The notes beneath the pieces were generated by a model. It had not been told where the DNA came from. It saw only the letters and a list, made by a program, of their open reading frames with translations, and did not search any database. Made by a program: the position numbers and the translations under genes. A DNA stretch of 64,000 bases from an uncultured Chitinophaga sp. (GTDB lineage: Bacteria; Bacteroidota; Bacteroidia; Chitinophagales; Chitinophagaceae): contig CAYTGN010000015.1 of assembly GCA_964437415.1 (NCBI GenBank), positions 1,890 to 65,889 on the forward strand, given 5' to 3'. Of the stretch, positions 51,077 to 58,804 are shown one piece after another. Every line of letters starts with the position of its first letter. Positions within the stretch are counted from its first letter, which is position 1.

Positions 51077-52126
51077 ATGAAGCTTTCACAATTCCGTTTC
51101 GACCTTCCGTTGAACCTTATTGCCCAAAACCCTGCGAAAAGAAGAGAAGATGCCCGCATGATGGTGGTGCACCGCCACACCGGCCAGATCGAGAACAAAC
51201 ACTTCCGCGACATCCTCGATTATTTTGATGACAAGGATGCTTTTGTGGTCAATAACACCAAAGTGTTTCCTGCCCGCATGTATGGCCGCAAGGAAAAGAC
51301 CGGCGCCAAGATCGAAGTGTTTCTGCTGCGGGAGTTGAACAAACCCAACCGACTCTGGGATGTGATCGTTGATCCCGCAAGAAAGATCCGTGTGGGTAAC
51401 AAACTCTATTTCGGCGAGCAGGAAGACCTGGTAGCAGAAGTGATTGACAACACCACCAGCCGCGGCCGCACCATCCGTTTCTTGTGGGAAGGCAGCGAAG
51501 AAGAGTTTCGTGCCGTGCTGGAAAGGCTTGGTGAAACACCGTTGCCCAAATACATTAAACGCAAACCCGACGAAGAAGACAAGGAACGTTACCAGACAGT
51601 GTATGCGAAGCATGAAGGCGCTGTGGCCGCCCCCACTGCCGGCTTGCATTTCAGCCGTGAGCTGATCAAACGTTTAGAGATAAAAGGTATCCGCTTTGCG
51701 GAAGTTACCCTGCACACAGGTTTGGGCACATTCCGCCCCATTGAGGTGGAAGACCTGAGCAAACATAAAATGGATGCGGAATATTACCGCATTGATGACA
51801 CGGCCTGCAAAATTGTGAACCGTGCCAAGGAGTATGGTCATCGTATCTGTTCTGTTGGCACTACTACGATGAGGGCTTTGGAGTCATCTTTCACCGCACA
51901 AAAATTATTGAAACCATCCGAAGGATGGACCAACATGTTCATCCACCCGCCTTATGAATTCAATATTGCGGATTCGCTGGTAACGAATTTTCATTTACCC
52001 AAAACAAGTTTGCTGATCATGACCTGCGCCTTTGCCGGTTATGAGCTGACGATGGAAGCATACAAAAAAGCCATCAAAGACAAATACCGTTTCTTTAGCT
52101 ATGGCGATGCGTTGCTGATCATCTAA
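51077..52126 (+). CDS. queA: S-adenosylmethionine:tRNA ribosyltransferase-isomerase
   Basis: 349 aa from [20 protein letters not shown], with later [12 protein letters not shown] and [11 protein letters not shown]. The track ORF (50756..) has a spurious 107-aa extension. Confidence 0.9.
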   Translation: MKLSQFRFDLPLNLIAQNPAKRREDARMMVVHRHTGQIENKHFRDILDYFDDKDAFVVNNTKVFPARMYGRKEKTGAKIEVFLLRELNKPNRLWDVIVDPARKIRVGNKLYFGEQEDLVAEVIDNTTSRGRTIRFLWEGSEEEFRAVLERLGETPLPKYIKRKPDEEDKERYQTVYAKHEGAVAAPTAGLHFSRELIKRLEIKGIRFAEVTLHTGLGTFRPIEVEDLSKHKMDAEYYRIDDTACKIVNRAKEYGHRICSVGTTTMRALESSFTAQKLLKPSEGWTNMFIHPPYEFNIADSLVTNFHLPKTSLLIMTCAFAGYELTMEAYKKAIKDKYRFFSYGDALLII

Positions 52127-52147
52127 AAGCAAAAAGAAAAGTTTATG

Positions 52148-52175
52148 AAAGCCTCACGGAAGTGGGGCTTTTTTG
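52148..52175 (+). terminator. Rho-independent terminator after queA
   Basis: GCCTCAC-GGAA-GTGGGGC (one G-U pair) followed by TTTTTT. Confidence 0.65.
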
Positions 52176-52231
52176 TGGAAAGACTTTTGTAGATTCGTAT
52201 GATAGCGCAAATAAAAGCATTAGTACCATTG

Positions 52232-52240
52232 TAAGACAAC
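52232..52240. repeat. left copy of the direct repeat TAAGACAAC(ATCT) flanking the AT-rich islet
   Basis: It is identical to the 9-mer at 53032-53040, exactly 800 nt away. The 13-mer TAAGACAACATCT reappears downstream, interrupted by TTGTGT plus a CAAC duplication. Confidence 0.6.
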
Positions 52241-52264
52241 ATCTAATTAATCTAAAAATTGCTT

Positions 52265-53029
52265 ATGACAGCAACTACAATTACAGGACAAATACGAAAA
52301 GTTGCATTTGATGTTTTAGAGGAAAAGCCAGAAGGCATGCGTTATTCAGACCTTGGAAGGAAAATTTTGGAAGTCAATCCTTCTTTTAAGCCAAACACAA
52401 TTAGCGGTGCGACATGGGACTTAGACATTCAGTTCCCAGATAAAGTTTATAAACCTGATAGAGGCGTTTTCCGACTATTAAAATTTAAAGAAAATATATC
52501 CACACAACCTGACCAGCGACCAACAACAACTGAAAAGATAACGACAAAGAAAGCGATTAAGGAGGAGGATTTTTATAAACCATTTGCTGACTGGCTTGTA
52601 AATGAACTTGAAGAGTGTACAAACGCTATAGGACTTGGCGGTAATATTTTCCGAGATAAGTGGGGAACTCCTGATGTAGTTGGAGTAAGAGAATCGAAAA
52701 GAAGTGATATTATTCAATTCCCAACAGAAATAGTGTCTGGCGAAATTAAAATTGATTCGAATGGCCTAATCACAGCATTTGGACAGGCCTGTGCTTACAA
52801 AATATTTTCACATAAATCATACATTGTAGTACCTAATGATTCACAGATTGAAGACATAACAAGATTAGATACACTTTGTAGGCAATTTGGGATAGGTCTT
52901 ATTTTGTTTGACTCAACAAATATTGAAGACCCCAACTTTGAAATCCGTGCAAGAGCAGTGAAACATGAGCCTGATATGTTTTTTGTAAATAAAAATCTTA
53001 AAATTATTGAAGACAAGCTTTTTAGGTGA
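52265..53029 (+). CDS. winged-helix plus PD-(D/E)xK (RecB/Mrr-like) nuclease-fold protein, function unknown
   Basis: 254 aa from the ATG (a TTG lies at 52259). The N-terminal ~75 aa look like an Mrr_N-type wHTH (RYSDLGRKILE...RGVFRLLKF). The C-terminal half has E(EEDFYKPFADWL), GTPDVVGV, GEIKID (ExK) and GQACAY (QxxxY). Confidence 0.6.
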   Translation: MTATTITGQIRKVAFDVLEEKPEGMRYSDLGRKILEVNPSFKPNTISGATWDLDIQFPDKVYKPDRGVFRLLKFKENISTQPDQRPTTTEKITTKKAIKEEDFYKPFADWLVNELEECTNAIGLGGNIFRDKWGTPDVVGVRESKRSDIIQFPTEIVSGEIKIDSNGLITAFGQACAYKIFSHKSYIVVPNDSQIEDITRLDTLCRQFGIGLILFDSTNIEDPNFEIRARAVKHEPDMFFVNKNLKIIEDKLFR

Positions 53030-53031
53030 CC

Positions 53032-53054
53032 TAAGACAACTTGTGTCAACATCT
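53032..53054. repeat. right copy of the direct repeat (TAAGACAAC ... CAACATCT)
   Basis: It starts 3 nt after the stop codon of the islet ORF. See the left copy. Confidence 0.6.
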
Positions 53055-53166
53055 TTCGCCTTCGTTGGTGTTTCTCCCTAACAATGAAAATACACGGTTT
53101 CCCAAACCTTTCTTAACTATCCCCTAACAGGAAAAAAGTCGTAAATTACAGAAGGAGGATAAGGTT

Positions 53167-53637
53167 ATGAAAATGATACTACTGGCAATATGTTTTGTTT
53201 CCTTAGGCGCTGGCTTGTCTGCGCAGTCTTACAGGGGTTCCGTTGCGGCCAAAAGCTACGAGGAAAAACTCAATGACATGTATTGCACAGGCATGTTCCG
53301 CTCAACGCATGGCACTATACTGGATGTAGCCAATAATATCAGCAGCCGCAGTTTTCTCAATATCCTCGACTGGCTGCAGGGTCGTGTGGCCGGTTTGCAG
53401 ATCTACAGTTCCGGCACGGGTAACCCGCTGCCCGTGATCCGTGGAATGGTGCCGGGCATTTTTGTGGATGAAATGCCCATGCCGATCAATTTTCTGAATT
53501 TTCTCAACGTAAATGATATTGCCATAGTGAAAGTGATCAAACAACCTTTCTATGGCGGCTTCAACGGTGGTGGCGGTGCTATTGCCATTTATACGCTGGG
53601 TAGCGAAGATGAAGAAGAAGCGGTGGAAACGAAATGA
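53167..53637 (+). CDS. small secreted protein resembling an isolated TonB-dependent-receptor Plug segment
   Basis: 156 aa with a signal peptide. LDWLQGRVAGLQI, VIRG and FVDEMPM...LNVNDIAIVKVIK resemble Plug-domain blocks. No barrel follows. Confidence 0.55.
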   Translation: MKMILLAICFVSLGAGLSAQSYRGSVAAKSYEEKLNDMYCTGMFRSTHGTILDVANNISSRSFLNILDWLQGRVAGLQIYSSGTGNPLPVIRGMVPGIFVDEMPMPINFLNFLNVNDIAIVKVIKQPFYGGFNGGGGAIAIYTLGSEDEEEAVETK

Positions 53638-53639
53638 TA

Positions 53640-54857
53640 TCATTTGCCGGGTTCAAAATCAAGGGGCAGGCTGTCGCCCATTTTGTCTGACCAACTCCAG
53701 TAACCAAGAAAATACATATCTCTCGGGTTGTAATAATTGCCGTTGGCCTCTATCCACACCGGGTTGAGTTGCGGCAAAAAAAGAAATGACCGCTGAAAGG
53801 ATGGCTTGCGGTTCTGCATCTGCGACTTCACATAGGCTTCGTCTTCCGTTTCCCCCATGTAGGTGACATAGAGATAATTGGCAAAATAAAAAAGTTTGTG
53901 ATTGCCGTCCTCCTGCATGATGAGGCTGTCAGCGCCAAGCAGTTCGCTGCCATACACTTCAATGAGATCAGGTTGTCTCAGCACAGAACGGTAATAGCTC
54001 AGCGTATCGGGGTGCATTCCCTGAGGAACGTTTTCAGTGATCACGGTCATTCCCCCGCCTGCCTGACCTAAGTGAAGCGGTTTATAAACGGATTTTACTC
54101 TTTCCTTTTCCGTGTTGGGCCGTTTGTACATCCGGCGCACTTCATAATCATTTTCCTTCAGGCTGTCACTGTATAAACTGCGGATGAAATGCATCATGGA
54201 ACCATAATAAGCGGCATTCCTTCTTTTTTGCAGAGCTTTCCTGTCACGGCCGGTCTCTTCATACAATGAATAGCCAAGAAACAGAGCTGTCTGTTCTTTA
54301 AAGTTCAGTTCAAATTCTTCGAGCTGGTAGCTGATAGTGTAGCCCAGCGCTTTGTTCTCGATCTTTAAAGGTTCGTCGGCAAAAGCGATAAGCCGGTTGC
54401 TTTTTCTGAAATAGCGAAAGCGAATGGCATTTTCATTTTTTATTCGGCATCGGGCAGCATTGCCGGTGTAGCCCAAAAAATTCTCGGTAAAGGTCTTTCC
54501 CCATTTATCCCAGCCTTCTTCCAAAAAAGGTTCTATGGTCACATTCTGCAGTTCCTTCACTTTTATCTGCAACTCCACTTTCAACTGCAGCGGCAGTTGT
54601 GTTTCATTAAAAGGATAGACGACCGTTTCATAACCAATGGAAGAAATGATGAGTTCATGTTTGCCGGGAGGCACAGCGCTGAGTTCAAAATTGCCTGATG
54701 CATCAGATATGGTTCCTTTGGAAGTGTTGGTGATGAATACACTGCTGCCAGAAACTGCAGTGCCGGTGACCGCATTCAGCACACGACCCTTGATGGTTCG
54801 CTGCCCCATGGCGCTGAAAGAAAGCAACAGGGAAAAAAATACCGGCCATTTTTTCAT
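53640..54857 (-). CDS. carboxypeptidase-regulatory-like (CarboxypepD_reg) domain protein
   Basis: 405 aa with a signal peptide, then IKGRVLNAVTGTAVSGSSVFITNTSKGTISDASGNFELS..PGKHELIISSIGYE. Confidence 0.7.
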   Translation of the reverse strand: MKKWPVFFSLLLSFSAMGQRTIKGRVLNAVTGTAVSGSSVFITNTSKGTISDASGNFELSAVPPGKHELIISSIGYETVVYPFNETQLPLQLKVELQIKVKELQNVTIEPFLEEGWDKWGKTFTENFLGYTGNAARCRIKNENAIRFRYFRKSNRLIAFADEPLKIENKALGYTISYQLEEFELNFKEQTALFLGYSLYEETGRDRKALQKRRNAAYYGSMMHFIRSLYSDSLKENDYEVRRMYKRPNTEKERVKSVYKPLHLGQAGGGMTVITENVPQGMHPDTLSYYRSVLRQPDLIEVYGSELLGADSLIMQEDGNHKLFYFANYLYVTYMGETEDEAYVKSQMQNRKPSFQRSFLFLPQLNPVWIEANGNYYNPRDMYFLGYWSWSDKMGDSLPLDFEPGK

Positions 54858-54939
54858 ACGGCAATTTACTTCAGCCTTTGCTGAAACAGCAGCATATTAA
54901 CCTTAATTAACCAAGCCGCTTTTTGATAACAGTGTTTGC

Positions 54940-55395
54940 TCACTTACCAGAAACGGGATTATCGTCTTTTGCCAGCAGCAAATAATCCTTGCGGCCAAAA
55001 GTGACGTAATACATAATATATAAAAGAGCCGGTAGCGCCACAATGATGAGCAGGTAGTTGAGCCACTCCGGTCTTTTGCCCACGGAAAAGACATAGTAGA
55101 AATTCAAAGCCAGCACCACAAATAACGGAAAGGCGGTTTGCCAGTAATATTTCATACCACTGCGAACAAAGAGATAGATGGTTTCATTTTCACCCAAACT
55201 GACACTGAAGTCGCGACTGCTGCACCAGTCCACCTTGCAGGAGAGGGTATGTTGTCCCGGTGTGATAATAAAATCCCTGGTGTCGCCATTGGCAATTGTG
55301 CCAGCCTGCCCGCCATCAATAAAAACTTTGAGGCTGCGGGCCCTGTTGAGCCATTCGGATGAACGGCGAAGAACAATTCTTGCTTTTCCTTCCAT
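54940..55395 (-). CDS. hypothetical membrane protein
   Basis: 151 aa. A soluble beta-rich N-terminal half is followed by two TM helices. Confidence 0.55.
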   Translation of the reverse strand: MEGKARIVLRRSSEWLNRARSLKVFIDGGQAGTIANGDTRDFIITPGQHTLSCKVDWCSSRDFSVSLGENETIYLFVRSGMKYYWQTAFPLFVVLALNFYYVFSVGKRPEWLNYLLIIVALPALLYIMYYVTFGRKDYLLLAKDDNPVSGK

Positions 55396-55442
55396 GAACT
55401 GTATTTTTTACAAGATTATTAATCCCTAAAATAATAAAACAA

Positions 55443-56765
55443 TTATTCCAGCCCAAACATACCACGGTTCAGTTGCTGCAATATCTGTGTTTTATATTCC
55501 GCAGGCACCAGCAAAGAAATATTATGCGGGCTGCCGCCATAGCTTACCATGCGAACAGGAATGTTCATGATGGAACCAAAAAGTTTTTTGACCATATCCT
55601 GTGTCTGTGAAATCTCATTACCCACCACGGAAATGATGGTTTGGTTCTTATCTACCTCCACTGTGCCGAAGGGTTCGAGTTCTTTTAGTATTTCCTTCAG
55701 GCTGGCATCGGTATCAATCGTCAATGAAACGGCCACTTCGGAAGTGGTGATCATATCAATCGGCGTACGGTATTTTTCAAACACTTCAAATATCTTCCGC
55801 AGGAAACCATAGGCCAGCAACATGCGGCTGCTCTTGATGCGGATAGCAATGATATTATCTTTAGCCGCCACTGCTTTTACGCCTACACTGCCTGCCTGTT
55901 CTGCAATCAATGTTCCTTTGGCTTCCGGCTGCATCGTGTTCAGCAGCTTTACCGGTATCTTGTATTGCTGCGCCGGCCAGATAGACGCCGGATGCAGAAT
56001 TTTCGCTCCGAAATAGGCCAGCTCAGCTGCTTCATCAAAACTCAGTTGCTCCACCGGTATGGTTTTCTTCACCATCCGCGGATCATTGTTGTGCATACCG
56101 TCTATATCGGTCCATATCTCACACACCGATGCATTGATAGCAGCAGCGATCAGGGATGCAGAATAGTCACTGCCCCCTCTTTTCAGGTTATCCACTTCTC
56201 CCCTCGCATTGCGGCAGATATAACCCTGCGTTACAAATAATTTTTTGTCCTTATGCTGTTGCAATATTTGTGAGAGTTTTACTTTGATGCTGCCGATCTG
56301 CGGTTCATCGTGACTGTCAATGCTCATAAATTCCAGCGCAGGCAGCAACAAGTGATCAATGCCCTGTTCTTCGAGATAGGTGCAGAACAGTTTGGTGGAA
56401 AGCAATTCTCCCTGTGCCAAAATATCCTTGCTCAATGCTTCACTGAAAGAGATGCGCAGAATGATATTGAGAAACTCAAAATGTTCGGCAACGATGGCTT
56501 TTGCTTTTGCCAACGCTTCGGGTTTCTTCACCAATTGCTCAATGAAAGCCTGGTAGTGCGCCTCCAGTTTATCAATAGATTGCTTGGCAGCGTTACGGTC
56601 GCCTTTGGCAATATGCTCACCAATTTCCACCAGTGCATTGGTGGTGCCGGACAAAGCGGATAATACAACGATGGCCGGTTCTGTTTCTTTGGTCACCAGC
56701 GACACAATATGGTGCATCCGTTCCGGTTTGCCCACACTGGTGCCCCCAAACTTCATGATCTTCAT
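55443..56765 (-). CDS. lysC: aspartate kinase
   Basis: 440 aa. It has MKFGGTSVG, GGSDYSA and C-terminal ACT repeats. Confidence 0.85.
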   Translation of the reverse strand: MKIMKFGGTSVGKPERMHHIVSLVTKETEPAIVVLSALSGTTNALVEIGEHIAKGDRNAAKQSIDKLEAHYQAFIEQLVKKPEALAKAKAIVAEHFEFLNIILRISFSEALSKDILAQGELLSTKLFCTYLEEQGIDHLLLPALEFMSIDSHDEPQIGSIKVKLSQILQQHKDKKLFVTQGYICRNARGEVDNLKRGGSDYSASLIAAAINASVCEIWTDIDGMHNNDPRMVKKTIPVEQLSFDEAAELAYFGAKILHPASIWPAQQYKIPVKLLNTMQPEAKGTLIAEQAGSVGVKAVAAKDNIIAIRIKSSRMLLAYGFLRKIFEVFEKYRTPIDMITTSEVAVSLTIDTDASLKEILKELEPFGTVEVDKNQTIISVVGNEISQTQDMVKKLFGSIMNIPVRMVSYGGSPHNISLLVPAEYKTQILQQLNRGMFGLE

Positions 56766-56913
56766 TTGTTCCCCCCTCCCGAGATTTTTAAAGGATATAA
56801 AACTGTCTGCCTTCGGCAGATAAACCTGTTTGTTTTCAGACAGGGCTGCAAAGATAACCGACAGGGGGATATGAATGCTGCAGAATAAGTTTCTATTTAC
56901 GAAAACGATGCCA

Positions 56914-57993
56914 TCAGAGAGTTAATCCAAATCGTTGCCCCAATTGCGAAAGATCCCTTACAACGGCATTGAGCAGTGGAATGCCGTTTTGCATCCTTTC
57001 TGCTTCAAACAACCGTTCGGGATCGCCGGGTATCAATACTTTTTCTTCGCCGGTGATAGTCTTCGCATTCCTGAATCCCTGTATCCAATGATCCATTGCC
57101 GCCTTGAATTCATCAGCCGGACGAAAAGCATCCACTCTCATCGCACCGAGAAAATGACCGATACCTTTACCCGGTTGCTGTGCAGGCATGGGCACATAAG
57201 CGGGGAATGGCGGCACCCACGGTGCATAGTTGGCGCCACTGAGCAGTGCTGAAAAAATATCTACGACAGCGCCAAGTGCATACCCTTTGTGTGAACCATG
57301 CTCCCTGTCGCCACCCAATGGTAATAAAGCGCCGCCTTTTTTCAGAATATTGGCATCGGTGCTTGGGTTTCCATCTTTGTCCTGCACCCAGCCGGATGGT
57401 GTTTCCAAATTTTTACGTTGCAAAATTTCCAGCTTGCCGTTTGCAGCGGTGGTAGTGGCAAGGTCTGCGACAAAAGGCGGTTCATTTCCTGCAGGAGCTG
57501 CTACACAAATCGGGTTTGTGCCAAGCATTTTATCAATAGAAAATGTTGGCGCCACCAGCGGACTGGCATTGGTCATCGCCATACCTATCATATCATGCTG
57601 CAAAGCCATCATGGCATGATAGGCTGCAATACCAAAATGATTGCTGTTCTGCACACTCACCCAACCGGTGCCCACCTGCTTTGCTTTTTCGATAGCGATC
57701 TGCATGGCAAAGGGAGCAACGACTAAACCTAACCCGCTGTCGCCATCCACTACGGCTGTGGAGGGTGTCTCATGAATGACTCTGATGACAGGTGTTGCAT
57801 TCACTCTCTTTGCTTCCCAGAGCCGGACGTAGCCACTGAGACGGGCAATGCCGTGTGAATCTATTCCTCTCAGGTCGGCGGACAATAATGCTTTGGTAGC
57901 AGTGGCTGCATGTTCGTCTGAACAACCTATTTGCTTAAAAACAGCTTTGGTAAAATCAGCCAGTTGATGGTAAGAGAATATTTGTTCGGACAT
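56914..57993 (-). CDS. Ldh_2-family (malate/L-lactate/ureidoglycolate dehydrogenase type 2) oxidoreductase
   Basis: 359 aa from the ATG (MSEQIFSY...). It has the GIDSHGI and NHFGIAAY motifs. The track ORF extends to a GTG at 58086 through a hydrophobic, unlikely leader. Confidence 0.8.
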   Translation of the reverse strand: MSEQIFSYHQLADFTKAVFKQIGCSDEHAATATKALLSADLRGIDSHGIARLSGYVRLWEAKRVNATPVIRVIHETPSTAVVDGDSGLGLVVAPFAMQIAIEKAKQVGTGWVSVQNSNHFGIAAYHAMMALQHDMIGMAMTNASPLVAPTFSIDKMLGTNPICVAAPAGNEPPFVADLATTTAANGKLEILQRKNLETPSGWVQDKDGNPSTDANILKKGGALLPLGGDREHGSHKGYALGAVVDIFSALLSGANYAPWVPPFPAYVPMPAQQPGKGIGHFLGAMRVDAFRPADEFKAAMDHWIQGFRNAKTITGEEKVLIPGDPERLFEAERMQNGIPLLNAVVRDLSQLGQRFGLTL

Positions 57994-58083
57994 GAGCAAA
58001 GAAACTAAAAATAAAGTGACTATCGGGTTAAGTGATCCCACATCTGTTTTGAACCACCCTTCCTTTGTCAGGGCAGGCTGCGG

Positions 58084-58153
58084 CACATAGAAACATAGAT
58101 TTTCACATAGATTTCTATGTGTTTCTTCCTATTGTGTGCTATTTGTCTATGTG
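58084..58153. promoter_or_regulatory. array of five CACATAGA/TCTATGTG motifs (candidate operator) upstream of the Ldh_2 gene
   Basis: Forward copies start at 58084, 58092 (aACATAGA) and 58104. Inverted copies are at 58114-58121 and 58146-58153. Copies 3 and 4 form the perfect palindrome CACATAGA-TT-TCTATGTG. Confidence 0.45.
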
Positions 58154-58188
58154 GCTCCATTTAAAGGTTCAGTTAAGCCGATAGTCAG

Positions 58189-58221
58189 TAAAAATAAAAA
58201 TGCCCCGGCAAGCGGGGCATT
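58189..58221 (-). terminator. Rho-independent terminator after ssb
   Basis: On the minus strand: ATGCCCCG-CTTGC-CGGGGCAT followed by TTTTTATTTTT. Confidence 0.75.
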
Positions 58222-58241
58222 TATCGGGATTGGTAGTTTTC

Positions 58242-58688
58242 TTAAAAGGGAAGGTCATCAATTGGTTCACTGATCTCATTGGCTGCAGGAACACTGCTTG
58301 CTGATGAAGATGCAGCAGATGTGTTGCCTGCATAAGAAGAACCGCCTCCGGCTCCGCTGTCGCTTTTACCACCCAGCAATTGCACTTCACGAACACGAAG
58401 GGAAAGTGATGCGCCGGCTGTTCCGTCCTGTCTTGTAAAGGATCTCACTTCGGGCTGGCCTTCCGCATAGATCTGCTTGCCTTTGGTGAGGTACTGTGCC
58501 ACTGCCGTACGGTCGGTCCAGTAGGCGCAATCCACCCAGGTAGTTTTTTCCTGGTTATTGCCCTGGCTGTCTTTGTACTTTTCAGTATGTGCAACAGTGA
58601 AGTTTATCACATTCTTTCCATTAACAGTGTTTACCACGCAGTCTTTGCCGAGGTTGCCGATAACTTGCATTTTAATCATAGTGCTCAA
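58242..58688 (-). CDS. ssb: single-stranded DNA-binding protein
   Basis: 148 aa. It has an OB-fold N-terminus (VIGNLGKD...TTWVDCAYW), a Gly/Ser-rich linker and an acidic tip (IDDLPF). The start may instead be an internal Met (MIKM/MQVIG). Confidence 0.85.
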   Translation of the reverse strand: MSTMIKMQVIGNLGKDCVVNTVNGKNVINFTVAHTEKYKDSQGNNQEKTTWVDCAYWTDRTAVAQYLTKGKQIYAEGQPEVRSFTRQDGTAGASLSLRVREVQLLGGKSDSGAGGGSSYAGNTSAASSSASSVPAANEISEPIDDLPF

Positions 58689-58804
58689 ATTTTAAGTTGA
58701 CGTAATTAGTTAGACAGCGAATGTAAGATTATTTAAACACGAAAAACAATACCACTTTTGTGGTAGCCCGTTTTGTGAACCGCCTGTGCATAACTGCTAT
58801 TAGT

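Noticed and set aside
56766-56913. A possible lysine (L-box) riboswitch upstream of aspartate kinase.
   Set aside because: The spacer is only 148 nt. Part of it is a hairpin (TCTGCC-GAA-GGCAGA on the minus strand) that looks like the terminator of the upstream Ldh_2 gene. I could not find the conserved L-box helices.
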